NCBI GenBank assembly: GCA_965242965.1
Contig: OZ251518.1
Location: 4,896,001 to 4,960,000, forward strand
Length of the DNA: 64,000 nt
Source: Candidatus Poribacteria bacterium
Lineage (GTDB): Bacteria; Poribacteria; WGA-4E; WGA-3G
Direction: 5' to 3'
Part shown: positions 50,594 to 61,344 of the stretch, piece by piece
Layout of the letters: each line of letters begins with the position of its first letter
Numbering within the stretch: the stretch's first letter is position 1
Notes under the pieces: generated by a model
The model's database searches: none
Told to the model about the DNA's origin: nothing
The model's input: the letters and a program-made list of their open reading frames with translations, nothing else
Position numbers and translations under genes: made by a program

Positions 50594-51625
50594 CTACAGG
50601 GATACAACTTCTCCACACCGATTTGATTCAAGAAGCGCGTCGCAGATGCGCATCGTGTTAACGGCGACATTCGGCCAATGCTCCTCAAGCTCTCCAGACT
50701 GCACGATGTCCGAAAACCGTTCAATCATCGTGACTTCCTGAATACAGGTGCCGGTTTCATATTTCGTGTTATCCGCGCCATGCACCCAGAATCGCGCCGA
50801 GTCTTCAGATGTGGGCACGGTGAAATCATCGCAGACGATAGATGCGCGCGTGCCTGCAACTTCAAACCATTTGCGGAGAGCGGTATCAAACCCGCAATCC
50901 AGCGTGGCGATGCGTTCATCGTCAAACCAGAGGATTCCGGCGAGGTTGAAATCCACGCCGCCTTTGTAGCGCGCGGTAGCGAAGGCTTTCGTTGGCATCT
51001 GCTCAAAAGCCCAGAGGATGGCACGGATGCAGTAATACCCCAGGTCACCGAGGCTGCCGCCGGCGAGTTCCTTCATCGCCCGGATATTGTCCGTCGGAAT
51101 GGTATCCCAATTGAACGTAAACGCCGCTGTAACTCGGCGCAGTTCGCCCAAAGTGCCATCGGTGAGTTTCTGTTTCATTGCCGCGGTGCGTTCGTGATGC
51201 ACCCACATGACTCCGTCCATGAGTTGCACGCCGTTTTGGCGGCATGCATCCGCCATCGCCATCGCCTCGCTTGCGTTCGCGGCGAGCGGTTTCTCACAAA
51301 GGACATGCTTGCCGTGTTCCGCCGCCTTGATTGTCCATGCCGCGTGGTGTGATGGCGGCAGCGGGATATAAACGGCATCAATTGTTTCATCGGCGAGGAG
51401 CGCGTCGTAAGTGCCGTATGCGTTGGGGACGTTATGTTGTGTCGCCCAGGCACTCGCGCGCGTCTCGTCCCGACTCGCGATTGCAATAAGTTCCGCGTTC
51501 CGGGCGAGATGCATCGCGCGGGCAACCTTCGTGGCAATATTCGCTGTGCTGAGGATGCCCCAGCGGATTTTCGTTTGTAATGTGTTTGTTGATGGGTTTC
51601 GGTACAATGCCGTTCTCCTCTGCAT
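50594..51625 (-). CDS. Gfo/Idh/MocA oxidoreductase (start may be slightly downstream)
   Basis: IRWGILSTANIA, HVLCEKP, GGSLGDLGYY. Confidence 0.9.
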   Translation of the reverse strand: MQRRTALYRNPSTNTLQTKIRWGILSTANIATKVARAMHLARNAELIAIASRDETRASAWATQHNVPNAYGTYDALLADETIDAVYIPLPPSHHAAWTIKAAEHGKHVLCEKPLAANASEAMAMADACRQNGVQLMDGVMWVHHERTAAMKQKLTDGTLGELRRVTAAFTFNWDTIPTDNIRAMKELAGGSLGDLGYYCIRAILWAFEQMPTKAFATARYKGGVDFNLAGILWFDDERIATLDCGFDTALRKWFEVAGTRASIVCDDFTVPTSEDSARFWVHGADNTKYETGTCIQEVTMIERFSDIVQSGELEEHWPNVAVNTMRICDALLESNRCGEVVSL

Positions 51626-51659
51626 ATTTGTTATTGGTTATTGATTTCGGTCCGGCAAC

Positions 51660-52060
51660 GTTACCGTAGCGCGGGGGCCTGTCCCCGGCGAAGTGAAGAA
51701 ACCGTCCCATTACCGTAGCGCGGGGGCCTGTCCCCCGCGAGCGTCCCGTAGGAGAGCCCTCCCGGTCTCGATTTCCCCCGGTAGGAGAGACCTCCCAGTC
51801 TCGATGCAACATTAAGGTCCTACGGACCTTGATAGGGTAAGGCGCGTGTTTCTATAGACATTAAGGTCCTACGGACCTAAAAGAGCGGTTTGATAGACCG
51901 CAGCATGGCGAGGGACAGGCCCTCGCCCTACGGTGAAGGGGACGTTTTGTGAAGAAGATGTCCCGTTACCGTAGGGCGGGGGCCTGTCCCCCGCGATCGT
52001 TGCATGGCGAGGGAAACCCTCTCGCATGCGCGTGTGGCATGCGAGGGCCCAAGCCCTACG
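51660..52060. repeat. Mixed REP-like cluster
   Basis: GTAG hairpin families plus ATAG palindromes. Confidence 0.88.
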
Positions 52061-55000
52061 TGAGGCCCGGCAACTCCCCAACCAACCGCACCGTCTCTTC
52101 ACTAACATGCATCACCTGCCCCACCAACCGAACAATATATTGCACATCTTCCCCATTCGGATCGGAGACAATACCACTCCCGTTCGGATCGGGTTTCACG
52201 CGATACCGATCGATGAGCCACTCTAATGCCGAACGCCTCCCCAAACGATAATCAAATACCTCTGGCGGAATATCCACTACCGTCAAAGATTCATTGTAGC
52301 GGAGCTGCGTTTTGTCTTTGGATAACTCCATCTTCTCCACACGCCAATTGAGCGGCGGGGTTTCGATGAGGTTTGGCATCACGTCAAGTGTTTCATAGTT
52401 GACATGCAAGTCCGCCAAAGCGCGCCCGATGTTCACAAATCCCCAGAAATCCGGGGCGAAGGGGAGATGCGGCAAGTCGTGCTTGAGGTTCACCTGATAT
52501 GTCTCGCGGTATTCGGGATGATGCAAAAGCGCGTAATTGTAGTGGAAAATGTCCCATTTGGTGATGGTTTCATCCTCGTAATGCATTCGGAAATGGGACA
52601 ATGCCCAGTCGGTGATGTTCTCTCTGCGGTTCGTGCCATCCTCATCGTAGGTGTAGAAGGGGAAGCACTGAGAATCACCCGTTAAATGGAGATTTGGAAT
52701 CACGTCAGTCATTAGCACGTGAAAAGGCGAATTTGAACTCGGCGCGCAAACGCAAATTGCCCGATTCTCCTGTTCGATTTCCGGTGTAGGGAAGATCGAA
52801 GGAAACCCGGCAATCCTATCCGTGAGCACTCTGTCAAAGAACAAATGCGTTTTCGTGAACGGCCGGTAAAGCGACGTGCGCATCTTGCTTTCGGCGAATT
52901 CGGTGCCTCGGCCGCGCGCCAACTTCACTTTTAAGTCGCGACTCCATTTGATATCGCGAGTATGTTGCGCCGCAAATGCATCCACGGTGATGCCCGACTG
53001 TTTTTGGGTTTCTTGCCATTCAAGCACGCAGAGGTTATAGGCACGGATCGTCCGTTGCATGTTTTCTTCAAGGGCTCTGGGCTGAAAGTTGTAAACCCAC
53101 GCATCGCGGTTGGTTGAAACACCAAGGACGTAGGTTTTAAAAAGCGTGCCGGCTCCCTCGTTTTTCGCGGCTTTAGCGGCTTTCGTGCCCATCGGGATGA
53201 ACGTGTTAAAGTCGGCGCGAAATCCCTCGGTGAGCCACATCTGTCGCGCATTCGGCTGAAGTTCGCGCCACTTGACATTGCCGACGTGAGTCGTCTTTTC
53301 CAAAAATTGGAACGTGTCGGATTTGGAGAGCTCCGCGGTTGCATCGTGATAGAGGAGACGCGCCTTGCCTTCGCGGTTTTCGCCCGTTTTCACGAGGAGA
53401 TTGATGCTTACACCCACCTTAATTCCGAAGACGTTAGAATCCCCCGGATGCCGCTTGCGTTCAATATTGCCACCGAGATCGAGCAGATAGAGCGTGTCAA
53501 ATTCCTCGGCGAGGCATTGCCGCAGACCATCAAACTGCTTCGCGTCAATGAAACTATTATTCGTTATCACCGCAATGATACCTGCCTCGCCAATTTTATC
53601 GGATGCCCACCGGAGGGATTTCACGTATGGATCGTAAACTTTATTATTCAGTTGCGCCGTGGAGGCGGCGACATAGGTGGCACGCACACGGTTGTCGACA
53701 GCCTCATGCGGCCGATTCTTGTTATTATCGTTTTCGTTCTGCTGACTCGCGTTATAGGGTGGATTCCCGATGACGACGAACATCGGTGTCTCCTTCTGCT
53801 CTTGAACGCGCATCGTGTTTTCCAGCGTGAAATAGGCGAATTCGCCGGTTTGATTTGGCGCGTCCATCAACCCGAAGGTATCGAACGTATCCACGAAGCA
53901 GATGTGCTTGAACGGCTCGTATCTCCCCATCTTTTCGTAATAGGCGTGTTCGATGTTCATCGTGGCGATGTAATACGGCAACAACATTACTTCGTTGCAA
54001 TGCAACTCGCCTTTGTATTTCTTATCCAGCGCGATGCCAGGGATGTCTTGCATCAAGCGGACGATGAAGTTGCCGGTGCCGACGAAGGGGTCGATGATAT
54101 GCACCCCTGTATCGGCCAGGGATTTGCCGAAATGGGTTTTCAGGAGGTGCTGGACGCTGTTCACCATGAAATCAACGATGGGCTGCGGCGTATAAACGAC
54201 CCCGTGTCTATCGGCATCCTTGACAGAGAAGTCCTGAAAGAAGCGTTGATAGAGGGTATTGAGAAAATCCTGTTTCTGCGAGAAATCGGACAAGGTGCTG
54301 GCGGTTTTCTCGATCGCCGTGTAAAACGGGTTGAGTTCTTTGAAGAACTGAGCCCGGTCGAAGGCGTAGCGAGTGAGAACATCGATGACGTTCTCAATTT
54401 CGCGGGCGATGATATTGCGCCGGGTGAAATCGCGGTTGTTGAAAACGGTGGCGAAGATGCGTTCCGTCATGAGGTGTTGCGTGAGCATCCGTTCCACCTC
54501 TGTCTCGGCGAGATTTGGGTTAATTGCCGCTTGGCATTGCTGATGGAAGTGCGCGAACGCCTCGCGGAATTCGGGGGTATTCTGGCGTTCAGTTTGGATG
54601 AGCGTCTCCAATTTCGCGCCGAGTTGGGGGATGGTATCTTGGAACGTATTGACAGCGGCATCCCACTCGGCGAGATTTTCCTCGGTGTAGGTGAAGAAGG
54701 TTTCAAGGAGTTGGATGAGATTGCGCGGCTCGGTGATGTCCACATCCAAGATAAGCGCGCCGTTTTGATAGAGGATGGCGCGGTGCGGGGTTTGGAAGAT
54801 GATGTTTTTCGCAGGATAGCCCGTGGCAAATTTCTGTTGCGCTTCGGCGGGGAGATCATCGAGGAGATCTTTCGCTTCCCAATGGCCGAAGATGAGTCCG
54901 AAGTCGGTGACGATTTCGCCATCGATGCGGATGTGGTTTCCGTTAGGTGTGGTGCGGGTTTTCTCACATATCAGCGTGAGATTGCGTTGTCCGCAGTAGT

Positions 55001-55124
55001 ATTGCAAGAGCGTTTGGAAGGCGACGCGGACGGCACCTTCATGTTGCGCGCCGAGTTTCGTGAACTGCTTGAGTTCGGCGTAGTAGTTTTTTATGGGTTT
55101 GTGCGTGGTTTTGATGTTGAGCAT
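52056..55124 (-). CDS. Single-chain type IIG R-M enzyme (PD-(D/E)xK-like N-terminus, N6-adenine MTase, type ISP-like specificity domain; no helicase)
   Basis: RIDG...WEAKD; VVYTP, DPFVGTG, IGNPPY; GVSTNRDAWVY, YRPF, RSALEWLIDRY. Confidence 0.88.
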   Translation of the reverse strand: MLNIKTTHKPIKNYYAELKQFTKLGAQHEGAVRVAFQTLLQYYCGQRNLTLICEKTRTTPNGNHIRIDGEIVTDFGLIFGHWEAKDLLDDLPAEAQQKFATGYPAKNIIFQTPHRAILYQNGALILDVDITEPRNLIQLLETFFTYTEENLAEWDAAVNTFQDTIPQLGAKLETLIQTERQNTPEFREAFAHFHQQCQAAINPNLAETEVERMLTQHLMTERIFATVFNNRDFTRRNIIAREIENVIDVLTRYAFDRAQFFKELNPFYTAIEKTASTLSDFSQKQDFLNTLYQRFFQDFSVKDADRHGVVYTPQPIVDFMVNSVQHLLKTHFGKSLADTGVHIIDPFVGTGNFIVRLMQDIPGIALDKKYKGELHCNEVMLLPYYIATMNIEHAYYEKMGRYEPFKHICFVDTFDTFGLMDAPNQTGEFAYFTLENTMRVQEQKETPMFVVIGNPPYNASQQNENDNNKNRPHEAVDNRVRATYVAASTAQLNNKVYDPYVKSLRWASDKIGEAGIIAVITNNSFIDAKQFDGLRQCLAEEFDTLYLLDLGGNIERKRHPGDSNVFGIKVGVSINLLVKTGENREGKARLLYHDATAELSKSDTFQFLEKTTHVGNVKWRELQPNARQMWLTEGFRADFNTFIPMGTKAAKAAKNEGAGTLFKTYVLGVSTNRDAWVYNFQPRALEENMQRTIRAYNLCVLEWQETQKQSGITVDAFAAQHTRDIKWSRDLKVKLARGRGTEFAESKMRTSLYRPFTKTHLFFDRVLTDRIAGFPSIFPTPEIEQENRAICVCAPSSNSPFHVLMTDVIPNLHLTGDSQCFPFYTYDEDGTNRRENITDWALSHFRMHYEDETITKWDIFHYNYALLHHPEYRETYQVNLKHDLPHLPFAPDFWGFVNIGRALADLHVNYETLDVMPNLIETPPLNWRVEKMELSKDKTQLRYNESLTVVDIPPEVFDYRLGRRSALEWLIDRYRVKPDPNGSGIVSDPNGEDVQYIVRLVGQVMHVSEETVRLVGELPGLT

Positions 55125-55199
55125 CGTTTTTCCTCCGTGTTTTGATTGGGTTATGAGTATTTTAACGTAAATCAGGATAAATTGCAAGGGAAAAACGGG

Positions 55200-55720
55200 G
55201 CCTGAAACGATCGCGGGGGACAGGCCCCCGCGCTACGGTAGCCGGAACGGCTCCCTTTACCGTAGGGCGAGGGCCTGTCCCTCGCCATGCACCGGTCCAC
55301 CGGACGATCGCGGGGGCCTGTCCCCCGCACTACGGTAGATGAGGCGGCCGCGCTTTTGATCCGTTCGGGATCAGGCGATCCCGAACTACAGTCTCTGGAG
55401 CACGCGAACGATCGCGGGGGACAGGCCCCCGCCCTACGGTATCCAAAACGCCTCCCCTTTACCGTAGGGCGAGGGCCTGTCCCTCGCCATGCGGCGATCG
55501 CGGGGAACAGCCCCCGCGCTATGGAGCCTGAAACGATCGCGGGGGACAGGCCCCCGCGCTACGGGGCCCAGCACGGCTCCTTTTTACGTAGGGCGAGGGC
55601 CTGTCCCTCGCCATGCTGCGTTAATCGAGCGATCGCGGGGGACAGGCCCCCGCGCTACGGTATCCAGAACGATCTCTCTTACCGTGCGGCAGCAATCGAG
55701 ACCAGGAGGTCTCTCCTACT
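55200..55720. repeat. REP-like doublet array
   Basis: Repeated CGATCGCGGGGGACAGGCCCCCGCGCTACG and GTAGGGCGAGGGCCTGTCCCTCGCC. Confidence 0.9.
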
Positions 55721-55728
55721 GATTGGCT

Positions 55729-56859
55729 CTACGCCTCACCCGCCTCTCTCCGCCACCGTTCAAGCGGATGTTCGCGCGAGGTTAACGGTAAGTCCACCCG
55801 CGCTTTCCGCCGATGCGATTCCCACGTTGCGTGAATCATCTCAAGACAATCCCGTCCATCGCTGCCGCTTGCGAACGGCTCCCGGTCTGCCTCAATGGCT
55901 TCAATCAGATCGCGGAGCATGAGCCGTTGCAATAACAGCCGGATGGATGCCTTATCTCGCTGCACGCCGTGCTCGTCCAAATCTTCAGCGGATAGATGCA
56001 CCGGTTCCCACGCATCCGCCGGTGTCTTATGTTGTCCGCGATGGATAAACATCGTTGTGCCGACGCTCTCTCTGACAGCGATGCGTCCTTCAGCGCCGAT
56101 AATATCAATACCGTAGCCGTCGTCGTTCGTCTGCGGTTGCGCGAGGAACTGCACATCGGCGTGGATGCCGTTCTTGAACCGAAAGGCAGCGTGTCCGCGT
56201 TCGCCAAGCACGAGCCCTGCATCCCTGTCGTGCGGATGCACCTCTTGGGTATGTTTGATGTCCGCAACGGTTGACTCGCGGCCGTCCATCTGAACGAGGT
56301 GCGCGTGCGCCCATTCCACATCGCCGCCGAAAAGCCGCACCCAATCGTAGAGATGCGTGCCCATCTCCATCAGCGAATTGCCTGCCTTCCGGCCGCCTTT
56401 GTCTGTCGCTTTCAGCAGAACCACGTCGCCGATTTCGCCGCTGTCGATCAGCGACAAGACATGCCGGTTGTAGGGACTGGCGCGTTTGATGTGGTTAATA
56501 GCAAACTTGACATGGTGTTTGGCGCAGGTTGCAACCATCTCGTCTGCCTCAACGAGGTCCAACGCAATCGGCTTTTCGCAGAAGACGTGGATGCCTCGCT
56601 GTGCCGCCGCAATCGTCGGCGCGTAGTGCATCGGTGCCTGCGTCGGAACGATGACAATGTCCGGGTGTTGTGCATCAAGCATTTTCTCGTAGTCGTCATA
56701 GATGGCTTTCACCCCGAATCGTTCTCCCCACGCCGCCGCGCGCTCAGGTTCAATCTCTGCCCCAGCGACGAGTTCACAATTTTCTTCCAACGCCACTGCC
56801 TCGGCATGCGCTCTTCCCATGCCGCCGAGGCCAATGATTGCAATACGGTAGTTTTTCAT
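55729..56859 (-). CDS. Gfo/Idh/MocA oxidoreductase
   Basis: IIGLGGMG, HVFCEKP, MEMGTHLYD; AGGAGG RBS. Confidence 0.9.
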   Translation of the reverse strand: MKNYRIAIIGLGGMGRAHAEAVALEENCELVAGAEIEPERAAAWGERFGVKAIYDDYEKMLDAQHPDIVIVPTQAPMHYAPTIAAAQRGIHVFCEKPIALDLVEADEMVATCAKHHVKFAINHIKRASPYNRHVLSLIDSGEIGDVVLLKATDKGGRKAGNSLMEMGTHLYDWVRLFGGDVEWAHAHLVQMDGRESTVADIKHTQEVHPHDRDAGLVLGERGHAAFRFKNGIHADVQFLAQPQTNDDGYGIDIIGAEGRIAVRESVGTTMFIHRGQHKTPADAWEPVHLSAEDLDEHGVQRDKASIRLLLQRLMLRDLIEAIEADREPFASGSDGRDCLEMIHATWESHRRKARVDLPLTSREHPLERWRREAGEA

Positions 56860-56959
56860 GCGTGCCTCCTAATGCTTACATTACCCCTAGACGCGGTTTG
56901 AAAGCGCGCTTTGTAGAGGAAACCTCCCTGTCTTGATACCGCGTTCGTTCTGTATCTGA

Positions 56960-58069
56960 TCACTGAACCAGTGCCGCCCGTGCAATCCCGCGGCCGCGTT
57001 CTGTCAAAGCCAACTGGCCGTTTTCCCGTGATACACAACGATTCTCTAAAGCGTATCTCACGATTTGGGCGGCGAACGGCGGCTCCCACCGCAGATGTTC
57101 CTGAAGATGAGATACCTGTGACTCTTGTTCGGCTTCTGGCAAACCTTCGTGATTTAGGAGATGGATGACGAGCATCGTCTGTGCAAACTCCAACTTCTGG
57201 CGATGTCGGCGGCGCGCGATGGCGATCATCCCGCGCCTGGGCACAACCAAAAAGGTGATGCCGAACATAATGAGCGTCGTCGTCGCAATCGCGCCGGCAA
57301 TGGAGACATCGAAGAGGCGCGCGAGCCAGTAGCCGCTGACAGCGTTCACACTGCCGAGGATGGCACTCAAGATGAGCATCCGAGCAAGGCTGTCTGTGAT
57401 CAGATATGCCGTAGCCGGCGGCCCGACAATCAACGCAACGACAAGAATTGAACCAACCGCATCAAACGCACCCACCGTCGTGATGGATACCAACGTCATC
57501 AACCCGTAGTGAATGAGCGCGGGCGCGAAGCCGAGAGCGGCTGCCAAACTTTCATCGAACGAGGCGATTTTCAGTTCCTTGTAAAAAAGTAAGATAAAGG
57601 TGAAGTTCAGCACCAAAATCGTGCCCATGACATACAGGGAGACGGGGCCCAGATTGACTCCAAACATCTCCCATTGATTTAAATGCGCATACGCAAGTTC
57701 GCCGAGTAGCACGGCATCCATGTCAAGGTGAACGTTGCCTGCGAACCGTGAAATCAGGATAACGCCGATGCTGAAAAGCGCGGGGAACGTTAACCCTATC
57801 GCCGCATCCTCTTTCACCAAGTTCGTCCGTTGGAGCAGTTCCACGAGGACAACGGTGAGGACACCCGTGCCAGCCGCCGCCAGAATAAGGAGTGGGGACG
57901 AAAGGCTCTCTGTCAGAAAGAAGGCGAGCACGATGCCGGGGAGGATTGCGTGGCTAATCGCATCGCTCATCAACGTCATCCTGCGGAGGACGAGGAATAC
58001 ACCGGGCAAAGCGCAAGCCACCGCTACCACAATGGCAATAAGTTGGGTTTCAAGTTGATGGATTGCCAT
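56960..58069 (-). CDS. Mn/Zn ABC transporter permease (MntD/TroD-like)
   Basis: SDAISHAILPG, HLDMDAVLLGE, AFDAVGSILV; C-terminal soluble domain. Confidence 0.9.
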   Translation of the reverse strand: MAIHQLETQLIAIVVAVACALPGVFLVLRRMTLMSDAISHAILPGIVLAFFLTESLSSPLLILAAAGTGVLTVVLVELLQRTNLVKEDAAIGLTFPALFSIGVILISRFAGNVHLDMDAVLLGELAYAHLNQWEMFGVNLGPVSLYVMGTILVLNFTFILLFYKELKIASFDESLAAALGFAPALIHYGLMTLVSITTVGAFDAVGSILVVALIVGPPATAYLITDSLARMLILSAILGSVNAVSGYWLARLFDVSIAGAIATTTLIMFGITFLVVPRRGMIAIARRRHRQKLEFAQTMLVIHLLNHEGLPEAEQESQVSHLQEHLRWEPPFAAQIVRYALENRCVSRENGQLALTERGRGIARAALVQ

Positions 58070-58179
58070 AATTTCGTATTTCCTAGCGGTGGTTTGGCTG
58101 CCTCTTGGCAGGATAGCATTGTCTTATCAGGCCGTCTTGACGTTGTCAAGACTTGCAATTCTGGGCTATTTTTAGCGAT

Positions 58180-58415
58180 TTTGACCCGTTCGGGAGCGGG
58201 TGCTCCCGAACTACAGAGGTGGGCCCGGTGCCTCCCGGTAGGAGGGACATCCTTGTCCCGATACGGTGTGCATCGAGACCGGGAGGTCTCTCCTACCCGA
58301 AGAAATCAAGACAGGTAGGAGGGACATCCTTGTCCCGATAAAAACAGAAACAAATGCATCGAGACCAGGAGGGCTCTCCTACGGGGCTGCATCGAGACCA
58401 GGAGGGCTCTCCTAC
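58180..58415. repeat. REP-like cluster inside the metal ABC operon
   Basis: GTAGGAGGGACATCCTTGTCCCG and GAGACC.GGAGG.CTCTCCTAC copies. Confidence 0.88.
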
Positions 58416-58430
58416 ATCTGTCCATTGTCC

Positions 58431-59360
58431 TTACACTTCTAAATCGCCTTCACGCTGTGGATTTTCCAAGAGTCTGTTAGCCGGTAGTTTGATGCTCTCT
58501 TTATTTCGCCGCTGCCGCGCCCAATGCCACACCAATCCTCGGTTCGGAGCCAGCGCGAAGGAAAATCCGACGAAGACCGTGGCACACATCACAATTGTCG
58601 GCCCAGTCGGGAGGCGCGAGGCACTGCTACTGATAATCGTCCCGCTCACGCCAGCGATTGCACCGAAGAACGCGGCGAGAAGCACCATGTGCCCGAGCCT
58701 GTCTGTCCACTGTCGCGCCGCAACCGCGGGAGCGACTAACATCGCGCTCATCAACACCGCGCCGACGGCTTGTAAACCGAGGACGATTGCAACAGTTAAG
58801 AGACTCGTCAGTAGAATATCAAGCGAGCGGACCGGCAGTCCTATTGATGTCGCGAATCCCTCATCAAAAACGAGCAGTTTCAACTCTTTCCAAAAAAGTG
58901 ACACGATGAGGAGCGCGATGCCGCCGAGGATGCCCATCGTCAGCACATCGCGTTCCAACAGCGAAGCGGCTTGCCCGAAGAGGAACGTATCCAACCCCGC
59001 CTGATTTGCATTGCCACTCCGCTGGATGAGCGTGTGCAGGACAAGCCCAAATCCGAAGAAGGTAGAGAGCACGAGGCTCAGCGCGCTGTCGTATTTGATA
59101 CGGGTGAGTTTGACGATGCTGAGAATTAGCAGCGTGCCAACCCACCCGGCAATAGCGGCACCAAGGACTAGAATCAGCGGCGTTTTGGTGCCGGTGAGCA
59201 GAAACGCGATAGCGATGCCCGGCAGTGCGGCGTGCGAGATGGCATCGCCGAGGAGGCTTTGCCGCCGCAAAACCGCATAAGTGCCGAGCGCGCCGCTGAT
59301 GAGCCCGATGAGTGCCGAACCGAGGCCGACAACTATGAGTGTGTAATTAAGCGTGTGCAT
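58431..59360 (-). CDS. Mn/Zn ABC transporter permease (MntC/TroC-like)
   Basis: LLGDAISHAALPG, FLFGQAA, LPTGP. Confidence 0.9.
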   Translation of the reverse strand: MHTLNYTLIVVGLGSALIGLISGALGTYAVLRRQSLLGDAISHAALPGIAIAFLLTGTKTPLILVLGAAIAGWVGTLLILSIVKLTRIKYDSALSLVLSTFFGFGLVLHTLIQRSGNANQAGLDTFLFGQAASLLERDVLTMGILGGIALLIVSLFWKELKLLVFDEGFATSIGLPVRSLDILLTSLLTVAIVLGLQAVGAVLMSAMLVAPAVAARQWTDRLGHMVLLAAFFGAIAGVSGTIISSSASRLPTGPTIVMCATVFVGFSFALAPNRGLVWHWARQRRNKESIKLPANRLLENPQREGDLEV

Positions 59361-59549
59361 CGTATCCTAATCCTGCCTGTGGCAACCTTCGTCCGGATAT
59401 GAACTTACAATTAGCCGCTGCTTGCCGTTGTGCTCTATAATTGCGGGTGTTTCATAACTCCGTTGTAGTTCGGGATCGCCCGATCCCGAACGGGTCAGGA
59501 TCAGGCGATCCTGACCTACATAGGTGAGCTAGAAATCTTCAAATCCTGC

Positions 59550-60296
59550 TTAATTTTTCATGAAGGCGACGCGGCCGCCATACGTCTGGCGTAAATTGTC
59601 TTGGGTGAACGTCTCTCCAACCGGTCCGCTCGCAATGCGGCGAATGTTTAACAGCATTACCCAATCAAAATAGTCTGTGACGGTCTGCAAAGCGTGATGC
59701 ACGACGACGACTGTTTTTCCTTTGGCTCGGAGCTCCTGCAGCAGTGCGATGATTGCGCGCTCTGTCGTTGCGTCAACTCCCTGAAAAGGTTCATCCATCA
59801 GATAGACAGTGGCATCTTGGACTAGCGCGCGGGCGAGAAAGACGCGCTGCTGTTGTCCGCCGGAGAGTTGACTAATTTGCCTATCGGCATACGCCTGCAT
59901 CCCCACTTTCTCCAATGCGTTCGTCGCGAGCTCACGTTCCGCCTTCCCCGGTCGGCGGAACCAGCCCAAACTGCCGTAACGTCCCATCATCACGACATCA
60001 AGGACATTGGTGGGAAAATCCCAGTCCACGCTACCGCGCTGCGGCACGTAGCCGACAATTCGCCGTTGCACGGGATACGGTTTATCGTAAATTAAGACGC
60101 GCCCGGCGGCGGGCCGGACAAGCCCCAAAATCGCCTTAATCAACGTCGTCTTGCCCGCACCGTTCGGTCCGACGATGGCTAGAAGCACACCCGGCGGCAC
60201 ATCCAAATCGATGTCCCACAAGACTGGTTTCTCCTGATATGCAACGGTGAGGTCTGTGACTTCGATAGCTTTCGTTTCGTTCATTTCATTTGTCAT
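59550..60296 (-). CDS. Mn/Zn ABC transporter ATPase (MntB/TroB-like)
   Basis: [20 protein letters not shown]. Confidence 0.93.
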   Translation of the reverse strand: MTNEMNETKAIEVTDLTVAYQEKPVLWDIDLDVPPGVLLAIVGPNGAGKTTLIKAILGLVRPAAGRVLIYDKPYPVQRRIVGYVPQRGSVDWDFPTNVLDVVMMGRYGSLGWFRRPGKAERELATNALEKVGMQAYADRQISQLSGGQQQRVFLARALVQDATVYLMDEPFQGVDATTERAIIALLQELRAKGKTVVVVHHALQTVTDYFDWVMLLNIRRIASGPVGETFTQDNLRQTYGGRVAFMKN

Positions 60297-60374
60297 GGAG
60301 GCTTCACGTCTTGATATGCGCGGGTGTGTAATCCTGCGAAATCTTGCCCATCCTATAAATCTTGGAAATCCTGC

Positions 60375-61322
60375 TTAAGGTTGTGCTGCTGTCAACGCCG
60401 CGACAATCGTATCAATATTGTGCCGCACCATGCCGATATAAGTGCCTTCAGGAGTCCCATCGGAGCCCATTGCATCCGAGAAGAGTTGCCCGCCGATTTT
60501 GATGTTAAACCCTTTTGACTGGACAGCGGCTTTCACCGCCTCAATGCTCCGTGAAGAGACAGACGACTCAACAAAAATGGCGGGGATGCGGCGTTCGGCG
60601 ATAAAAGTAGCTAATTCTTGAACGTCTGCGATGCCTGCTTCTGTCGCTGTGCTAATGCCTTGTAGCCCGCGCACCTCAAATCCGTAAGCCTTGCCGAAGT
60701 AATTAAAGGCATCGTGCGCCGTGACAAGCACGCGATGTTCCGATGGCACTTTTTCCGCCTGTGTATTGACATATCGGTGCAGTTCTGCGAGTTCGGCGAG
60801 GTAGCGTTCGGCGTTCGTTTGGTAGTCCACCTGATGCCCCGGGTCACTTTCAGTAAGAGTGTCACGCACCTTTTCCACGGCTTTCATCCACAGCGTCACG
60901 TCAAACCATAAGTGCGGGTCATGTTGTCCCTCGAATTCGGGCGGTGTAAGGAGATGCGCCTTGTCCACATCATCAGTTACAGCGACGGTTTTCGTATTCC
61001 CTGTCATTTTGGCGAGGATTTCGCCCATTTTGGACTCAAGGTGCAACCCGTTATAGAAGATGAGTTTCGCCGATGTCAAGCGCGCCACGTCACCCGCTGT
61101 GGCTTTGTAAAGGTGCGGATCTACCCCGGGTCCCATCAGTCCTATCACCTCTACATGCGCGCCGCCAACATTCCTGACGATGTCGGTAATCATCCCGATA
61201 GTCGTGACGACGGTGAGTTTGCCTGTCGTTGCGGCATCGGGCTGTCTCTTTCCATCACAGCCGATGCCTGTCAGTAATAGGGCAATCAAGCAGTGCGCTA
61301 AAAAGGTGTTTATTCTTTGCAT
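60375..61322 (-). CDS. Mn/Zn ABC substrate-binding lipoprotein (MntA/TroA-like)
   Basis: Lipobox-like GIGC, DPHLY, DPHLW, AHDAFNY, FSDAMG. Confidence 0.93.
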   Translation of the reverse strand: MQRINTFLAHCLIALLLTGIGCDGKRQPDAATTGKLTVVTTIGMITDIVRNVGGAHVEVIGLMGPGVDPHLYKATAGDVARLTSAKLIFYNGLHLESKMGEILAKMTGNTKTVAVTDDVDKAHLLTPPEFEGQHDPHLWFDVTLWMKAVEKVRDTLTESDPGHQVDYQTNAERYLAELAELHRYVNTQAEKVPSEHRVLVTAHDAFNYFGKAYGFEVRGLQGISTATEAGIADVQELATFIAERRIPAIFVESSVSSRSIEAVKAAVQSKGFNIKIGGQLFSDAMGSDGTPEGTYIGMVRHNIDTIVAALTAAQP

Positions 61323-61344
61323 CGCCTTTGTTCCTTTTCATTAT

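Noticed and set aside
53286-55145. 619-aa plus-strand ORF (also 29904-31025 and 21933-22547)
   Set aside because: Antisense shadows of well-supported genes, explained by codon bias or repeat periodicity; no motifs.
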